Shown: in pieces, positions 36,489 to 45,812 of the stretch
How the letters are laid out: every line of letters begins with the position of its first letter
Position numbering within the stretch: position 1 is the stretch's first letter
Origin: a virus
Lineage: Duplodnaviria > Caudoviricetes
DNA length: 64,000 nucleotides
Virus record (IMG/VR): IMGVR_UViG_2934563053_000002
Coordinates: 1 to 64,000 of that record
Strand: one strand, 5' to 3'
Program-made: the position numbers and the translations under genes
Notes under the pieces: model-generated
Seen by the model: only the letters and a program-made list of their open reading frames with translations
Databases searched by the model: none
Told to the model about the DNA's origin: nothing

Positions 36489-36725
36489 ATGGCCTACCAG
36501 TACCGGTGCGACGACTGCGGCACCACCGCAGAACCGGTGCACTCCCGCGCCGCCCTCGCCGCCGTGAAAGGCCGCCATCGGCAACTCGCCCACCACGGAC
36601 TGCGGCCCGACGGCGAACACATCGACACCGTCGGCGTCCGCCAACGACTGTCCTGGCGCACCGGCTGCGGCTTCGCCGTCCTCGCCTGGATCGCCGTCCT
36701 CGACTGGATCATCCGCCACCTCTGA
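36489..36725 (+). CDS. Zn-finger protein with C-terminal TM helix
   Basis: YRCDDC...H...H; hydrophobic tail. Confidence 0.6.
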   Translation: MAYQYRCDDCGTTAEPVHSRAALAAVKGRHRQLAHHGLRPDGEHIDTVGVRQRLSWRTGCGFAVLAWIAVLDWIIRHL

Positions 36726-36736
36726 AGGAGACACCG

Positions 36737-36832
36737 ATGCACGCCATCCGCGCGCTGGTCACCCGACTGATCCCGCCCACCTACTGCCCCGGCTGCGGCT
36801 GGTGGGTCCGCGCCTGCCCACACATGAACTGA
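36737..36832 (+). CDS. 31-aa Cys peptide
   Basis: AAGGAG RBS; YCPGCGWWVRACPH. Confidence 0.45.
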   Translation: MHAIRALVTRLIPPTYCPGCGWWVRACPHMN

Positions 36833-36926
36833 CGAGTACAACCAGACCCACACAGAGGCCACAAGACCCTCACGTACCCGACACACCCACCAGTACGATC
36901 CATCCTTCAACAACCAGGGGGGACCC

Positions 36927-37565
36927 ATGAACCCGCGCACAGCAACCTCCGCCGCTCTCATCGCCGCCGCGCTCCTCACCGCCACCGCCTGCGGCACCGA
37001 CAACAACCGCGGCATCGCCGAACGGGCCCCGAAGAAACCCGCAGCCAACGCCGAGCAGGCCAACAAGGGCTGCGGCAAGGACAGCGACCTCTCACAGTCC
37101 GACTGGGAGGAGCTGTGCGGGCCGGGCGCCGTCGGCAACGGACAGGCGCCCGACACCGAGTTGAAGGTCGGCGACACCTTCAAGTACCCCGACGGTGTCC
37201 GCGCCACCATCAGCAGCATCAGCCAGCTGACCCAGTTCGGAGAGTTCGACGACCGGCCCAAGGCGAACCAGATCGCGTTCCGCGTCAGCCTCGACGTCAA
37301 GAACGACTCGAAGAAGCCAGTGCAGCTCGACGACTTCGCCATCGACGCCTCCGGTGCCACGAACGGCGGCAACGTGGAACTCTTCATGGTCGAGGCCGGA
37401 GCCAAGCAGCTGATGGGACGTGTGGCCCCCGGCGCCACGGCGAAGGGCACCAACGAGTTCGCGATCACCAAGTCCAGCGGTCGACAGATTGTCGCCACGG
37501 TGTCCCGTATGGATGAGGACACCATCCTCGACGAGGACCCCAACTGGACCGGCCCGATTCGCTGA
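36927..37565 (+). CDS. Lipoprotein with Ig-like (DUF4352-like) domain
   Basis: Lipobox LTATAC; beta-rich domain, VAPGATAKG. Confidence 0.8.
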   Translation: MNPRTATSAALIAAALLTATACGTDNNRGIAERAPKKPAANAEQANKGCGKDSDLSQSDWEELCGPGAVGNGQAPDTELKVGDTFKYPDGVRATISSISQLTQFGEFDDRPKANQIAFRVSLDVKNDSKKPVQLDDFAIDASGATNGGNVELFMVEAGAKQLMGRVAPGATAKGTNEFAITKSSGRQIVATVSRMDEDTILDEDPNWTGPIR

Positions 37566-37766
37566 CCGCTGCCCCCCACCGCGGCCCCGCTGCCACCCCC
37601 AGTGCGGCGGGGCCGCACCACGTCCAGAAGCAGTCAGCGCGCGGACCTAGCCAGCCGGCCGCCGACTCTGCCACGGTGGAGGTGCACCGCCTGGGGGGCC
37701 ACCTCACACCGCGGGCCCTGCCGTCTCCCAAGTGGCGGCAGGGCCCGCGTCGTGCGTGCCGTCGAA

Positions 37767-38159
37767 CTACGGCCGCCACTCCATCTTGTAGCCGTCGTGA
37801 TCCGCGTACAGGGCGGCCATGCGGCGCAGCGTGCCGCAGTCCTCACCATCCACCGCGCACACATAGCCTCCGTCCCCATCGGAATGCAACGCGTGTTCGG
37901 TGAGCAGCCACTCCAATAGGTCAACCTCCGCGAAGGTCCGCGTCGGATCGTGCCGCGCGATGTGGGTCAGCTCGTCCTCGTTGAGGCTGCTCGTCCTGTC
38001 GAGGTGCTCGGTACCGAGATCGACATAGACGTTGTCCTCGTCGCGTCGGAGTTCCCAGGTTGGCTTGGCCCACGGGGCGCCGGCCGGGCGCTCGGCGAAC
38101 TCCTTGTCCTCGGCGACGCGTAGCCACAGGAAGTCGGTCAGGTCACGGTCCATGCTCAT
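37767..38159 (-). CDS. DUF6221-family protein (second copy)
   Basis: DLTDFL..RVAED...HIARHDP.R..AEV...TLRRMAALYADHDGY..EWRP. Confidence 0.85.
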   Translation of the reverse strand: MSMDRDLTDFLWLRVAEDKEFAERPAGAPWAKPTWELRRDEDNVYVDLGTEHLDRTSSLNEDELTHIARHDPTRTFAEVDLLEWLLTEHALHSDGDGGYVCAVDGEDCGTLRRMAALYADHDGYKMEWRP

Positions 38160-38338
38160 GTCCCTTCGGTCAGGTCGGGCCGCGCAGGGAGCTTGGCGCC
38201 CGGTCGACGGAGGTACCAGGCGACGAGGGCTTTGATGACGGCGGCCCGATCTCCTCCCGGTGCTTGGGCGGCGAGGTCTTTCCAGTCATCGTCGGAGATG
38301 CGCACCGACCTGTGTTTCGTCTTGGGCTTGTCTGGCAT
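38156..38338 (-). CDS. Ribbon-helix-helix-like regulator
   Basis: HRSVRISDDDWKDL...DRAAVIKALVAWYL. Confidence 0.75.
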   Translation of the reverse strand: MPDKPKTKHRSVRISDDDWKDLAAQAPGGDRAAVIKALVAWYLRRPGAKLPARPDLTEGT

Positions 38339-38352
38339 GGGGGAACAGTATC

Positions 38353-38426
38353 GCGGTGTACGTACACATGGCCATGCTTGAACCCTTGCGGTGTACGTAC
38401 AGCTTCCCCTATGGTGTACGTACACC
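38353..38426. promoter_or_regulatory. Three palindromic GTGTACGTAC(AC) operators in a divergent promoter region
   Basis: Copies at 38356, 38391 and 38414; the third lies in the perfect palindrome GGTGTACGTACACC. Confidence 0.75.
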
Positions 38427-38444
38427 AACATCGAGGGGGACCCG

Positions 38445-38774
38445 ATGGACGCGACGCACACGCACTGCCTTCGCTGCGGCCGGCTTCTTCGGTCCGTCGT
38501 CAGCCGGGCCCGCGGTTACGGCCGTACCTGCGCCGCTCGCGTTCGCCGGGCCGCCGCCGACCTCGCTGGGTTCAAGCCGCACCAGGTCGACGCGGCCCGC
38601 GAGCTGATCGAGGACGGGGCGATCGTCGCCATCCGCAACCAGGTGTTCCGTGCCGTGTCCACCGACGGCACCGCCACCTACCTGTGCCACCCCACGAACT
38701 GCGCCTGCCCCGCCGGGCTCGCGTCCCGCCGCTGCTACCACGTCCTCGCCGCACGCCTGCTGCTCGCCGCCTGA
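38445..38774 (+). CDS. DUF6011-like plus SWIM-like Zn-finger protein
   Basis: CLRCGRLL...GYGRTC; CACPAG....CYH. Confidence 0.7.
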   Translation: MDATHTHCLRCGRLLRSVVSRARGYGRTCAARVRRAAADLAGFKPHQVDAARELIEDGAIVAIRNQVFRAVSTDGTATYLCHPTNCACPAGLASRRCYHVLAARLLLAA

Positions 38775-38786
38775 AAGGGGACCGCC

Positions 38787-38978
38787 ATGAAGTTCGGGAT
38801 CACCGTCCACCAGCTCGACGAGCGGGGCCGGATCGTGGACCTCGCTCTCTACGAGCAGGCGGCCGACGCGCCGTCGATGGAAGACCGGGTGACGGAGTTG
38901 CACCGGGAGTACCCGGCGCCGCACTTCCGCACGGACGTGGAATCCCTCAAGCCCCTCTTCCCCGGCGAGGGTTTCTGA
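38787..38978 (+). CDS. Hypothetical protein
   Basis: RBS and codon bias. Confidence 0.55.
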   Translation: MKFGITVHQLDERGRIVDLALYEQAADAPSMEDRVTELHREYPAPHFRTDVESLKPLFPGEGF

Positions 38979-39058
38979 CCTGCTATCCGGGTCCGCTCCG
39001 CAGCCACCTGGCGGAGCGTGCCCCTACCGTCGACACCAACCACCAAAGGAGCGCCAGC

Positions 39059-39217
39059 ATGAGACTGGTCGACATCAAGAAGGACGGCACGACGACGGTC
39101 GAACTGACCGACGAAGAGGCGCACGCGATCCGCGACGTGCTGGGGCTGGCGCCGAGCACCGAGGCGTGGGGGCTTCACCGGCTCCTCTCCCACGCGCACG
39201 GCGACAAGGAGAACTGA
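39059..39217 (+). CDS. Hypothetical protein
   Basis: AAGGAG RBS. Confidence 0.55.
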   Translation: MRLVDIKKDGTTTVELTDEEAHAIRDVLGLAPSTEAWGLHRLLSHAHGDKEN

Positions 39218-39219
39218 CC

Positions 39220-39441
39220 ATGCCGAAGTACACGGTGCCGCTCACCGGCTACGCGAACATCGCAGTCACCGTGGAGACCGACGAGACCGACCCCGAAGCG
39301 ATCGCAGAACTCGCGCAAGAACAGGTCTACGTCTCCCTCTGCCACCAGTGCGGCGGTCACACCAACAGCTCGCTGGAGGTCGGTGACGAGTGGGAGGCCG
39401 TCCGGAGGGAGCACGGCACGCCCGAGGTCACCAAGGAGTGA
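39220..39441 (+). CDS. Hypothetical protein
   Basis: AAGGAG RBS; SLCHQC. Confidence 0.6.
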   Translation: MPKYTVPLTGYANIAVTVETDETDPEAIAELAQEQVYVSLCHQCGGHTNSSLEVGDEWEAVRREHGTPEVTKE

Positions 39442-39444
39442 TCG

Positions 39445-39633
39445 TCACGGTTCGCTGAACGCCCCAGCCCCCTCACGCGGCTGGGGCTTCGCGCGCGCCA
39501 TCCACCGCCCCGACCCCGGCAACACCTCACGCGGCAACAGACACGGCTCGATCTCCAGCGCCGCACACAACCGCTCCAGCGCAGCCTCACACACAGCCTC
39601 AGACTCCGCCTGCACCGTGAACGTCGGATCCAT
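39445..39633 (-). CDS. Hypothetical protein
   Basis: FTVQAESE..C..AL..LC...RWMARA. Confidence 0.45.
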   Translation of the reverse strand: MDPTFTVQAESEAVCEAALERLCAALEIEPCLLPREVLPGSGRWMARAKPQPREGAGAFSEP

Positions 39634-39656
39634 GCACAGCAGTCTGCCCCAGCCCG

Positions 39657-40130
39657 TCACCCAGCGGAGGCTTTCGCCTCATCCATGCCCATCTCCATCA
39701 ACAGCGCCGACGAGCCGGCCACGATATCCGCCACATGCTTCGGGCACGGCGACCCTTCCATCCCCGCGTTCGGATCACCCTTGCACTCGTGCTTGGTGTA
39801 GTCGGTCGACGCCCGGTCGATCTTCTTGATGCGTTTCACCGTCCGCGGATACCGGTCCTTGGCCCCGTCGTCCAGCTCGTCGCGCAGCCGGTACACCGCG
39901 ATCACGATGCCGGACAGGTAGTCGGCGCACTCTGTTGAGCCCACGTTCTCGCACACCGAGGTCGGTGCTTTGTCCTTCGCAGCTTGGATCTTCGGCTGCC
40001 ACTTCTCGGACAGCGGCTTCCCCGACGGCCGCGAATCGGAGTCCGTCTTGGTCGCCTCGTCGCTGCTGCCGCATCCTGCCGCGGCCAGCAGCACCGCCGC
40101 CGAGCACGCTGCAATCACCGTGCGCTTCAT
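39657..40130 (-). CDS. Lipoprotein
   Basis: GAGGAGGG RBS; MKR...LLAAAGC lipobox. Confidence 0.75.
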   Translation of the reverse strand: MKRTVIAACSAAVLLAAAGCGSSDEATKTDSDSRPSGKPLSEKWQPKIQAAKDKAPTSVCENVGSTECADYLSGIVIAVYRLRDELDDGAKDRYPRTVKRIKKIDRASTDYTKHECKGDPNAGMEGSPCPKHVADIVAGSSALLMEMGMDEAKASAG

Positions 40131-40431
40131 ACCCCGTCCCCTCCTCGAATGGGGTGACGGTACGACATGCACTGGCCGGCGGGGGAGGCGCCGGGCGGTT
40201 TCGGCGCCGCGCCAACTGTCAGCCCTTGCGCCATACTGGGGTGAGGAGCTGAACCGTCCACCGTTGGCGGTGTAGGCGCCTTCCGCCTGGTGTGGGTGGC
40301 CCCGGCCACCTCCGATCGACACCGGGCCCACGTCTGCCGGGATCAGGTCGGAACCAGGGAACTGGATCCTCCCGCACCACGCCGCGCCCGTCGGGATCAA
40401 CGCCGCAGCGGGGATAGAGACCCCCGGAGAC

Positions 40432-40464
40432 ACGACGCCCCCGCCACCACGGCGGGGGCGTCGT
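40432..40464 (-). terminator. 14-bp stem hairpin
   Basis: ACGACGCCCCCGCC-ACCAC-GGCGGGGGCGTCGT just past the stop of 40475-40660. Confidence 0.65.
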
Positions 40465-40474
40465 CGTGTGAGGC

Positions 40475-40660
40475 TCACCTGCGGCGCCGCCTGGTCTTCG
40501 CGGCCTTGCGTGCCATACGCGACCGCGCCGCGTGCGCACGCCCCGCGTTCGAGATGCGGGCCGCCCGGGTCTTCGACATGCCCTGCCGTCGCAACGCCCG
40601 GTACGTGTCCTGCCGGGACCGGTAGACGAACCCGTACCGGCCGCCCCGATCCGAGACCAT
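40475..40660 (-). CDS. Small very basic protein
   Basis: YRALRRQGMSK.RAARISNA. Confidence 0.65.
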   Translation of the reverse strand: MVSDRGGRYGFVYRSRQDTYRALRRQGMSKTRAARISNAGRAHAARSRMARKAAKTRRRRR

Positions 40661-40884
40661 CAGCGCCGGCCCTTCCCGCCGACAGCGATCGACGGGTACT
40701 TGCGGCGCACCGCGGCCCTTACCTTCGCGCGCTGTGCCGGCGTCCCGTGCTGCGCCACCCGCGCGAGCGCGTTCCGAGCCCGGGGCTTGGTGTCGATCGG
40801 ATAGGCCCGCTTCCCGGGAATCGCGAACGACCTCTTCGGAAGGGAGCGGCGGCGTTTGGCGGTCATCTTCGGGGACTTCGGCAC
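40660..40884 (-). CDS. Small very basic protein (DUF6582-like)
   Basis: RRSLP..SFA.PG.R.YPID....ARNALARV.Q; GAGG RBS. Confidence 0.7.
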   Translation of the reverse strand: MPKSPKMTAKRRRSLPKRSFAIPGKRAYPIDTKPRARNALARVAQHGTPAQRAKVRAAVRRKYPSIAVGGKGRR

Positions 40885-41004
40885 GGCTGGTCACCTCGCC
40901 TCTCGTAGCCGCAGAAGTGCAAGAGCACCCCAACACCTCACGTTTCGCCTACGATTCAAAGGTAAAACCGACCTTACGCCATGGGAACAGTGAACGGAGG
41001 AGCG

Positions 41005-41595
41005 ATGGTCAACGGCCCGCGCTCACACACCCGCACCGACCGCGCCGTCCGCGCCGACCGCGCCAGCATCATCTTCGACCTCCGCATCCAGGGCCTCACC
41101 TACAAGCAGATCGACGTCCTCACCCAGGCCCCGGACGGGCCCACGGGCGGGCACCGTATCTCCTCCACCGTCGCCAAGGAGCTGGTGTACGAGGAGTCGG
41201 CTCGCCGCGTCGACCCGCGCGTGGACGCTTGGCGGGCGCTGGAGGCCGAACGGCTGGAGGCATCGCTGCGGCGCCTCGATGACCTGGCCGCGAAGGCATA
41301 CGCCATCGTCGAGCGTGAGCACGCCTCCGTCTCGCAAGGCAAGGTCCTCGAAGTCATCGACGAGACCCCGGTGCTCCAGGCCCTGGACAAGCTCATCAAG
41401 ATCGAGGAGCAGCGGCGGAAGATCTCGGAGTCCCTGCGCAAGCTGTTCGGAGCCGATGCGCCGCAGCAGTTCGAGGCGTCCATCACCGAGACCACGCAGC
41501 AGGACCTCGAACTCCGGCAGATGATCGACGAGGCCAAGGCCAAGGTCGCCGCGGAAGAAGCTGGCATCGTCGACCGCGGGCCCGACGAGGGCTGA
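41005..41595 (+). CDS. Terminase small subunit (putative)
   Basis: GGAGG RBS; HTH LRIQGLTYKQI; KLFGADAP; directly upstream of terL. Confidence 0.75.
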   Translation: MVNGPRSHTRTDRAVRADRASIIFDLRIQGLTYKQIDVLTQAPDGPTGGHRISSTVAKELVYEESARRVDPRVDAWRALEAERLEASLRRLDDLAAKAYAIVEREHASVSQGKVLEVIDETPVLQALDKLIKIEEQRRKISESLRKLFGADAPQQFEASITETTQQDLELRQMIDEAKAKVAAEEAGIVDRGPDEG

Positions 41596-41598
41596 CCC

Positions 41599-43152
41599 GT
41601 GACCGACACCGCGGCCCGCACCCGCGGCCAATACCTAGCCGGGCACACGGCCGAAACCTTCGACCTCCACGCCTACCTCGCACAGCACCCCGACCGGCTC
41701 CTGGAGGAGCCGGAAGGCCGCCGCGTGCTCACCCGCCTGGACCCGCTGCTGTTCGGGCTGCTCTACCTCCGCCACCACCTCAAGGACAGCGAAGGTGCGA
41801 TCACGTTCTCCGACGCGCACCTCGACTGGTGCCGCGCCGCCCGCGACTGGGTCCGCCCCGTCACCGCGCCGGGCGCCGAGCGGGACGCGTGGGTCGCGCC
41901 GCGGAACACCGGCAAGAGCACATGGTGGTTCTTGATCCTGCCGATGTGGGCCGCCGCCCACGGACACGTGAAGTTCACCGCCGCGTTCGCCTCGTCGGCG
42001 ACGCAGGCGGAGACACACCTCGGCACGTTCAAGCGGGAGGTCGACACCAACGCGGCGCTCCGCCGCGACTACCCCGAACTGTGCAAGCCCGCCAAGCGGC
42101 CCTCCGGTGCGAACGTCGGCGACACCCAGTCGATCTACATCGCGTCGTCGGGCTTCGTGTTCGCGGGCAAGGGCATCGACTCCAGCAACCTCGGCATGAA
42201 GGTCGGCGAGATCCGGCCCGACCTCATCCTGTGCGACGACATCGAACCGGACGAGGCGTCGTACTCGGTCGACTTGGCGGCGAAGCGGCGGTCGACGCTG
42301 ATCGATTCGATCCTGCCGCTCAACGTGTATGCCCGGGTGGTCATCTCGGGCACCGTCACGATGCCGGGCAGCATCGTGCACCAGCTCGTGAAGCACGGCC
42401 GCGGCGTGGAGACCGCGGACTGGGTGCGGGAGGAGGGGTTCCGCGCGCACTACAGTGCGCCGATCGTGCGGCGGGACGATGGCACCGAGCGGTCACTGTG
42501 GCCGGCGAAGTGGCCGCTCGCCTACCTGAAGTCGATCGAGCACACGCGGTCGTTCGCGAAGAACTATGCCAACGACCCGCTCGGCTCCGACGGCGACCTG
42601 TGGACAGTGGACGACTTCCGCTACCCGGGCGCCGACGGGCCGGACCCGGTCACGCACATGATGCTCAGCATCGACCCCGCGGTCACCACGAAGAAGGGCT
42701 CGGACTTCACGGGGCTGGCCGTCGTGAGCTGGTCGGCGGAGCGGCGGCGCTGCACGGTGTGGGACGCGCAGGCCGTGAAGATCCCACCCGGCCCCGCGTT
42801 GCGGGAGAAGGTGTTGGCCCTGCTCGACGAGTACCCGCAGATCGGTCTCGTCCTGGTGGAGGTCAACCAGGGCGGCGACGTCTGGCAGGCGATCTTGCAT
42901 CACCTACCAGTGCGGTTGAAGACCATCGCGCAGGCCGAGAAGAAGTTCACCCGCGCCGAGGCCGTACTCAACGACTACCAGCGCGGAAGGGTCATCCACG
43001 CGCGGAAGCTCCGCGAGTTGGAGGAGCAGATGTGCGCCTTCCCCAAGGCCCCGCATGACGACCTCGTCGATGCTGCCGGGTCGGGAGTGAGAAGATTCCT
43101 CCCCACCAAACCGAAGCAGGTTTCGAAGGCGTCAAGCGCCAGTTACCTTTGA
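41599..43152 (+). CDS. terL: Terminase large subunit
   Basis: APRNTGKST Walker A, LILCDDIE Walker B, SIDPA, EVNQGG, FPKAPHDDLVDA. Confidence 0.95.
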   Translation: MTDTAARTRGQYLAGHTAETFDLHAYLAQHPDRLLEEPEGRRVLTRLDPLLFGLLYLRHHLKDSEGAITFSDAHLDWCRAARDWVRPVTAPGAERDAWVAPRNTGKSTWWFLILPMWAAAHGHVKFTAAFASSATQAETHLGTFKREVDTNAALRRDYPELCKPAKRPSGANVGDTQSIYIASSGFVFAGKGIDSSNLGMKVGEIRPDLILCDDIEPDEASYSVDLAAKRRSTLIDSILPLNVYARVVISGTVTMPGSIVHQLVKHGRGVETADWVREEGFRAHYSAPIVRRDDGTERSLWPAKWPLAYLKSIEHTRSFAKNYANDPLGSDGDLWTVDDFRYPGADGPDPVTHMMLSIDPAVTTKKGSDFTGLAVVSWSAERRRCTVWDAQAVKIPPGPALREKVLALLDEYPQIGLVLVEVNQGGDVWQAILHHLPVRLKTIAQAEKKFTRAEAVLNDYQRGRVIHARKLRELEEQMCAFPKAPHDDLVDAAGSGVRRFLPTKPKQVSKASSASYL

Positions 43153-43200
43153 ATCGAAGGTCACGCGCTACTCTGGTGATACGACAGGAAGGCGGGGACC

Positions 43201-44751
43201 GTGGGCTCACCAGACCTCATGCACGGCATAGCCGAACTCGAAGCCGCTCGCGCCCCCTACGTCGAAGCCGAGAACATGTACCGCGGCACCGTCGAGGAGG
43301 TCTTCGCTTCCGCCCGCCTCCAACGCGCGCTGGAGCAGTCCGGCATCAACTTCCGGCTGAACTTCGCCAAGACCCCCGTCAACGCCGTCGTGGACCGCTT
43401 GGAGATCGCGTCGATCACCGGGACCGACGACGCACACACACGGCTGATCAGCCAGGTGTGGAAAGACAACGAACTAGACCTCGAAGCTCCAGACCTCCAC
43501 CGGAAGGCGTGCTACTTCGGCGACGCCTACCTAATCGAAGTCCCAGTCGAGGACGACAACGGCCAGGTCATCGGCGTCGAGATGCACTACAACTCGCCGC
43601 TCACCGTGCGGGCCATCTACTCGCAGGAGAACCCCCGCGTCGTCGACTACTACATCAAGCACTGGACCGAGCGCACCAGCCTCGGCCAGATCCAGCGAGC
43701 CGAGCTGTACTACGACGACCGCACCGAACGCTGGACCACCAAGCCCGGCGCGAAAGGCGAGCAAGCGGCCGACTGGGTGCACTGGACCGCGGCCCCCGAG
43801 GACGACGAACCCGAGGACGAGGACTCGTGGACAATCCCGAACCCCCACGGGCAGATGGTCTTCCACTTCCGCACCGAGCGCCCATTCGGAGTCCCCGAGC
43901 ACTTCGACGCCTACGGCCCGCAGAACGCGATCAACAAGCTGGCCATCTCCCAGATGTCGACCATCGACTTCCAGATCGCACCCCAGCGCTACGCCATCAC
44001 GGACTCCGCCACCACCGACACCAGCGATGTGGAGCCCGGAGACTTCGACGACTTCCCCCCAGACGATGCCACCGACGGGCCCACCGACACCGGCGACGAC
44101 TCCAGCCTCAAGGCCGGGCCTGGAGAAGTGTGGCTGCTCCGCGGCTATAAGGCGGTCGGCCAGCTCGACCCGGCGAAACCCGAGGTGTTCCTGAACCCGT
44201 TGACGTTCGAGGTCCGCGCCATGTCGCAGATCACCACCACCCCCCTGTACCTCTTCGACACCGAGGGCGGGCAGGAGATCAGCGGCGAGTCGCGGCGACA
44301 GAAGGACGCCGCGTTCGTCAAGAAGATCCGCAACCGGCAGATGTCGTTCGGCGCGACCTGGCGGGCAGTGTTCACCTTCGCGCTCAAGCTCCTCGGCTAC
44401 CCCGACGCCACAGTCGACGTGCGCTGGGCGCCTGCCGCCACCGTCGAGGACAAGACCGGGTGGGAGACCACCGGCCTCAAGGTCGAGAACGGAGTGCCCC
44501 GGCGGCAGGCTCTGCTGGAGGCGGGCTACCGGGAGGAGCAGGTCGACGACTGGCTTACTGGTGTGGACGAGGCCGAGCTGGAGCGCCGCGTCACGATCCT
44601 CGCCACTTTGGCGGACAGCGCCCAGAAGCTCGGCAGCGCGGCTGCGCTCGGCGTCGTCACCACCGGCCAGGTCCAGGGCTTGCTGGCCGGGGCGCTGTCC
44701 GATGTGGAGCTGCTGGCGCCGGAGACGGAGACGGAGACGGCTGATGCCTGA
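43201..44751 (+). CDS. Portal protein (SPP1 gp6-like)
   Basis: NFAKTPVNAVVDRL, FGDAY, FG.PE, SGESRR; follows terL. Confidence 0.9.
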   Translation: MGSPDLMHGIAELEAARAPYVEAENMYRGTVEEVFASARLQRALEQSGINFRLNFAKTPVNAVVDRLEIASITGTDDAHTRLISQVWKDNELDLEAPDLHRKACYFGDAYLIEVPVEDDNGQVIGVEMHYNSPLTVRAIYSQENPRVVDYYIKHWTERTSLGQIQRAELYYDDRTERWTTKPGAKGEQAADWVHWTAAPEDDEPEDEDSWTIPNPHGQMVFHFRTERPFGVPEHFDAYGPQNAINKLAISQMSTIDFQIAPQRYAITDSATTDTSDVEPGDFDDFPPDDATDGPTDTGDDSSLKAGPGEVWLLRGYKAVGQLDPAKPEVFLNPLTFEVRAMSQITTTPLYLFDTEGGQEISGESRRQKDAAFVKKIRNRQMSFGATWRAVFTFALKLLGYPDATVDVRWAPAATVEDKTGWETTGLKVENGVPRRQALLEAGYREEQVDDWLTGVDEAELERRVTILATLADSAQKLGSAAALGVVTTGQVQGLLAGALSDVELLAPETETETADA

Positions 44752-45763
44752 CCCGCAGCAGCTCGCCGACCTCGCCCAAGGTCCGCACACCGCCGCCGTG
44801 CAGGAGCTGGAGGACGCCACCGCGCAGGCCGCAGTGGCGGACGCTGACGACCAGTTCGGCGACCTGGTGGTCAAGGCCCTGGCGGCGTGGACCGCGGCTT
44901 CCGCTGGGCTGGGCGCTGCCGCGGTGTCGGTCGAGGCGCTGCGTCGTCTTCTCGCCACGGTGCGGGCCGCGGTGCGCCGCATCCTCGCGCCGCTCGGGCC
45001 GCGTGCGCAGCGGGCCCTCGACGGCGCCCTGGGTGATGCGCTGCGGCTGGGCTCGGGCCAGCTCGCCGAGTTCACCCGGGAGGCGTCCGGCCGGCGCGCA
45101 TCCACCCCGCCGGTGGGCAGGCCCGGCCGTGGCCTGCGCCAACTCGCCGACCGCGTGGAGACCATCGTCACCGAGCGGCGCGACCGGGCACTGGGCCTGC
45201 TGCACGCGCGGCGGGCCCGCACCTGGCAGGACATCCTCACCGGCATCGGGGCCGCCCGCGGCGCAGTGTCAGCGGTGCGGGCGCACGTGTCATGGGTCAT
45301 CAACACCGCCGTCAACGAGGGCCTGGTCGCGGGTATCGCAGCGATCGGCGCGCAGAAACTGTGGCTGGCCGAGCGGGATGCTTGCACCGCCTGTCTGGCC
45401 TACGCGGGCCGTGTCATCGACGTGCGCGACACGTTCCCGGGCGGCCTGAACTGGGACCCCAACCAGCAGCGCGCGGGCGCCGACGAAATTGCCGGGCCGC
45501 CGCGGCATCCGAACTGCCGCTGCCGCCTCGTGCCGTGGCGTGACCGCTGGGCCGGCGGCGGCCAGTCGCTGCCGGACTTCCTCCACGGCCAGGCGGTCGA
45601 CGCCCTCGCCAACGGCCGGGCCCGGCCCACCGAGTCCCGCGCCGCACGCATCCGAGCAGCCCGCGCACTCCTCGCCAGCACCGAACCCCTCACCGCAGCC
45701 CAGCGCCGCACCGCACGCCAGGCGGTACACCGCGGACGTTGGCCGCACCCCCGAGCCGCGTAG
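44744..45763 (+). CDS. Head morphogenesis / MuF-like minor capsid protein
   Basis: WLAERDACTAC...PPRHPNCRC. Confidence 0.82.
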   Translation: MPDPQQLADLAQGPHTAAVQELEDATAQAAVADADDQFGDLVVKALAAWTAASAGLGAAAVSVEALRRLLATVRAAVRRILAPLGPRAQRALDGALGDALRLGSGQLAEFTREASGRRASTPPVGRPGRGLRQLADRVETIVTERRDRALGLLHARRARTWQDILTGIGAARGAVSAVRAHVSWVINTAVNEGLVAGIAAIGAQKLWLAERDACTACLAYAGRVIDVRDTFPGGLNWDPNQQRAGADEIAGPPRHPNCRCRLVPWRDRWAGGGQSLPDFLHGQAVDALANGRARPTESRAARIRAARALLASTEPLTAAQRRTARQAVHRGRWPHPRAA

Positions 45764-45812
45764 CCCGCCGATGGGCCACGCACACACCCGCCACCCCCGT
45801 GATGGAGGAACC

